DNA of 37,847 nt, taken from the NCBI RefSeq assembly GCF_006345805.1, contig NW_021835860.1, positions 1-37,847 of the forward strand, given 5' to 3'. The position numbers and the translations under genes were made by a program. This DNA is from Octopus sinensis. Taxonomy: Eukaryota. Below, piece by piece: positions 35,428 to 37,847 of this stretch. Position 1 is the first letter of the stretch. Each line of letters begins with the position of its first letter. Below the pieces are notes generated by a model that searched no databases, was not told where the DNA came from, and saw nothing but the letters and a program-made list of their open reading frames with translations.

Positions 35428-35641
35428 GGTGCTGGTGCCACTTAAAGAGCACCCATGCTGGTGGCATGTAAAAGGCACCTAGCACACTCTGTAAAGTGGT
35501 TGGCATTGAGAAGGGCATCCAGCCTTAGAAACCATGCCACAACAGACAATTGGAGACTGGACAGCTCCCTGCTAGCCAGCTCCATGTCAAAACCGTCCAA
35601 CCCATGCCAGCATGGAAAGCAGATATTAGACGATGATGATA

Positions 35642-35673
<32 letters not shown>
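35428..35673 (+). mobile_element. RTE-type 3' end fragment with (GAT)n tail
   Basis: TGCTGGTGGCATGTAAAAGGCACC...GTGGTTGGCATTGAGAAGGGCATCCAGCC...GGAAAGCAGATATTAGAC(GAT)n. Confidence 0.82.
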
Positions 35674-35975
35674 CTATTGGCTGTGTAACGTTGATGTACT
35701 TGAAGGACAGAAGTGCAGGTGAACTGAGAAAGAGAGAGGGGAGGGAATAAAGAGGTAGAGAGAAGGAGAAGGAAGGCGAGAGAGGTGGGGTGAGAGAGGG
35801 AAAGTAGCCAATTTTTAAAAGACAACTGCTGGTTTTCAAGCAAAGAAAAGACTTTATTTGGTGATATGAATGTGAAGAATGGAAACCCAAGTGACCAGCC
35901 AATCCCATCTTTGCATATATATCTAGGACTACAAAGTTCAATGTGACCTACATTATATCCTCCTCCTCCTCCTCC

Positions 35976-36006
<31 letters not shown>

Positions 36007-36312
36007 TGTAATTATTTTAATGTTCACTTTTCCATGCTTGTACGAGCCAGACAGAATTCATTAAAGCAGACTTTCTATTGCCAAATGCCTTGTTTCCTGG
36101 CATGGTTATATTTAACCCCAAGCATGCTTTACAACTATCTCATGATGTGAAGACAATGGAAACACATACAACACACACGTATATAGACACATACACATAT
36201 ACACGTATCCATCCATCCTTCCATCCACCTATCCATCCATCCTTCCATCCACCTATCCATCTATTTCTTTCCATCCATCTATCCATTCATACATGCATAA
36301 AGACATAAATGT

Positions 36313-36455
36313 GATGGGCTTCTTTCAGTTTCTGTCTATTAAATCCACCCATAAGACTTTGCTTGACCTAGGGCTATAGTAGAAGACACCCAAAGTGCCA
36401 CACAGAGGGACCAAGCCTAAGACCGCTGGCCGGGAAGTGGACTTCTTAACCGCAC
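36313..36455 (-). mobile_element. SINE family A, decayed 5' half
   Basis: GATGGGCTTCTTTCAGTTTCTGTCTATTAAATCCAC...GCTATAGTAGAAGACAC. Confidence 0.75.
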
Positions 36456-36701
36456 AAAAATGTCTGTACCTATGGGTGTGTGTGCACGTGTGTGTTTATG
36501 TGTGTATGCATGTATGTGTATGTGTGCATGTATGAGTGAGTGTGTATACGTGTGTGTGTGTATATGCATGTGTGTGTGGACATGTGTGTGTGTGCGTGCA
36601 TGTATTTGGAAATTAGTCATGGCAGCACCTGTGACCCTTTATTTTGTCAAGGCCCCTGAGACTAGTGTATATATATATTCATATGTGTATATATGTATGC
36701 A

Positions 36702-36741
<40 letters not shown>

Positions 36742-37044
36742 AATAATCTTATTTGCTAAAGAAATTCGAAACCATTGTATAACCACTAATAAAAATAACA
36801 AGGTAAAAGTTTTTATTTTTCATTTACTTCGAAAATTGCTATCAAATCATGGTTTTGGCCGTGTTGGCTGCTATTTCTAGCATGTGAAAATTACCTGTTA
36901 AAGGGTAGTTTTCTTTTGTGTTTAAATGTACACTATTTTAAAATATGAATGTTGTCTATTGACTATTTATACAAGCTAGGCCACTGGTGGTGATGTTTAT
37001 AACGAATATTCGCTACCCTATATATGTATCATTATATATATATA

Positions 37045-37706
37045 TTCTTTTATTCTTTTACTTGTTTCAGTGATTTCATAGTGGCCATGCTGGAGCACTG
37101 CCTTGAAGGGTTTTAGTCAAATAAACTGACCACAGGACTTACTTTTTTTAAACCCTAGTACTTATTCTATCAGTCTCTTTTGCCAAACCACTAAGTTATG
37201 GGGATGTAAACACATCAACATTGGTTGAAGAGTTAATGGTAGTGGGGACAAACACAGACGTAAAACAGACACACATAGATACATACATATATATATATAG
37301 GCTGAAACAGCTGTAAGAAGTGATTTTAATGATTTCAATAATTTATATTATGACTTTTATCATTTGTATTTCTTATCTTATATCTTATATGTATTGAATT
37401 ACAGGATATATTTATATGCTATTGATGTTCTCATTTTGTTAAATGAATAAATAATCCAACATTATAATATCCAAAAGTTGATGAACAAACTACATTTGTT
37501 TCTCCATTTTCTTATTTGTATTATATATATATGTATATATGACAGGCTTCTTTCAGTTTCCCTCTATCAGATCCACTCACAAGGCTTTGGTCGTTCTGAG
37601 GCTATAGTAGAGAGCACTTGCTAAAGATGTCTTGTAGTGGGACTGAAACCAGAACCATATGGTTGGGAAGCAAACTTCTTACCACACAGCTACACCTGCA
37701 CTACAT
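37045..37706 (-). mobile_element. SINE family A split into tail half (~37045-37290) and head half (~37541-37706) by an unassigned ~240-bp segment
   Basis: Both halves are collinear with 5569-5980. The intervening sequence sits in the central TA tract. Confidence 0.75.
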
Positions 37707-37790
37707 AATATATAATATATATATATTATATTATATATATAATATTGGGAAGCAAACTTATTACCACATAGCTACACCTGCACCTACATA

Positions 37791-37847
<57 letters not shown>

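Overview
AT-rich, microsatellite-saturated eukaryotic DNA. The repeat landscape is tRNA-derived SINEs, RTE LINE 3' ends with (GAT)n tails, MITEs and (TA)n/(CA)n/(AAT)n/(GAT)n tracts, and looks like intronic or intergenic DNA of an octopod cephalopod (inferred from repeat families, not proven). I found no host protein-coding gene I can support; almost all ORFs in the track are translations of microsatellites or SINEs. Protein homology is limited to transposon remnants: a 5'-truncated Tc1-type transposase with DD36E spacing and its right TIR, two RTE RT C-termini, and a decayed RT C-terminus of another LINE whose 3' UTR matches the tail of the commonest SINE. Well-bounded DNA elements are a complete non-autonomous Helitron, a hAT-type MITE with an 8-bp TSD and a TTAA-flanked MITE. 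The most unusual structure is a pair of ~180-bp inverted arms around a SINE (5.3-6.2 kb). Other leads are a hammerhead-like motif in a Penelope-like tail and a few speculative exon candidates. Coordinates were counted by hand; repeat boundaries are approximate.
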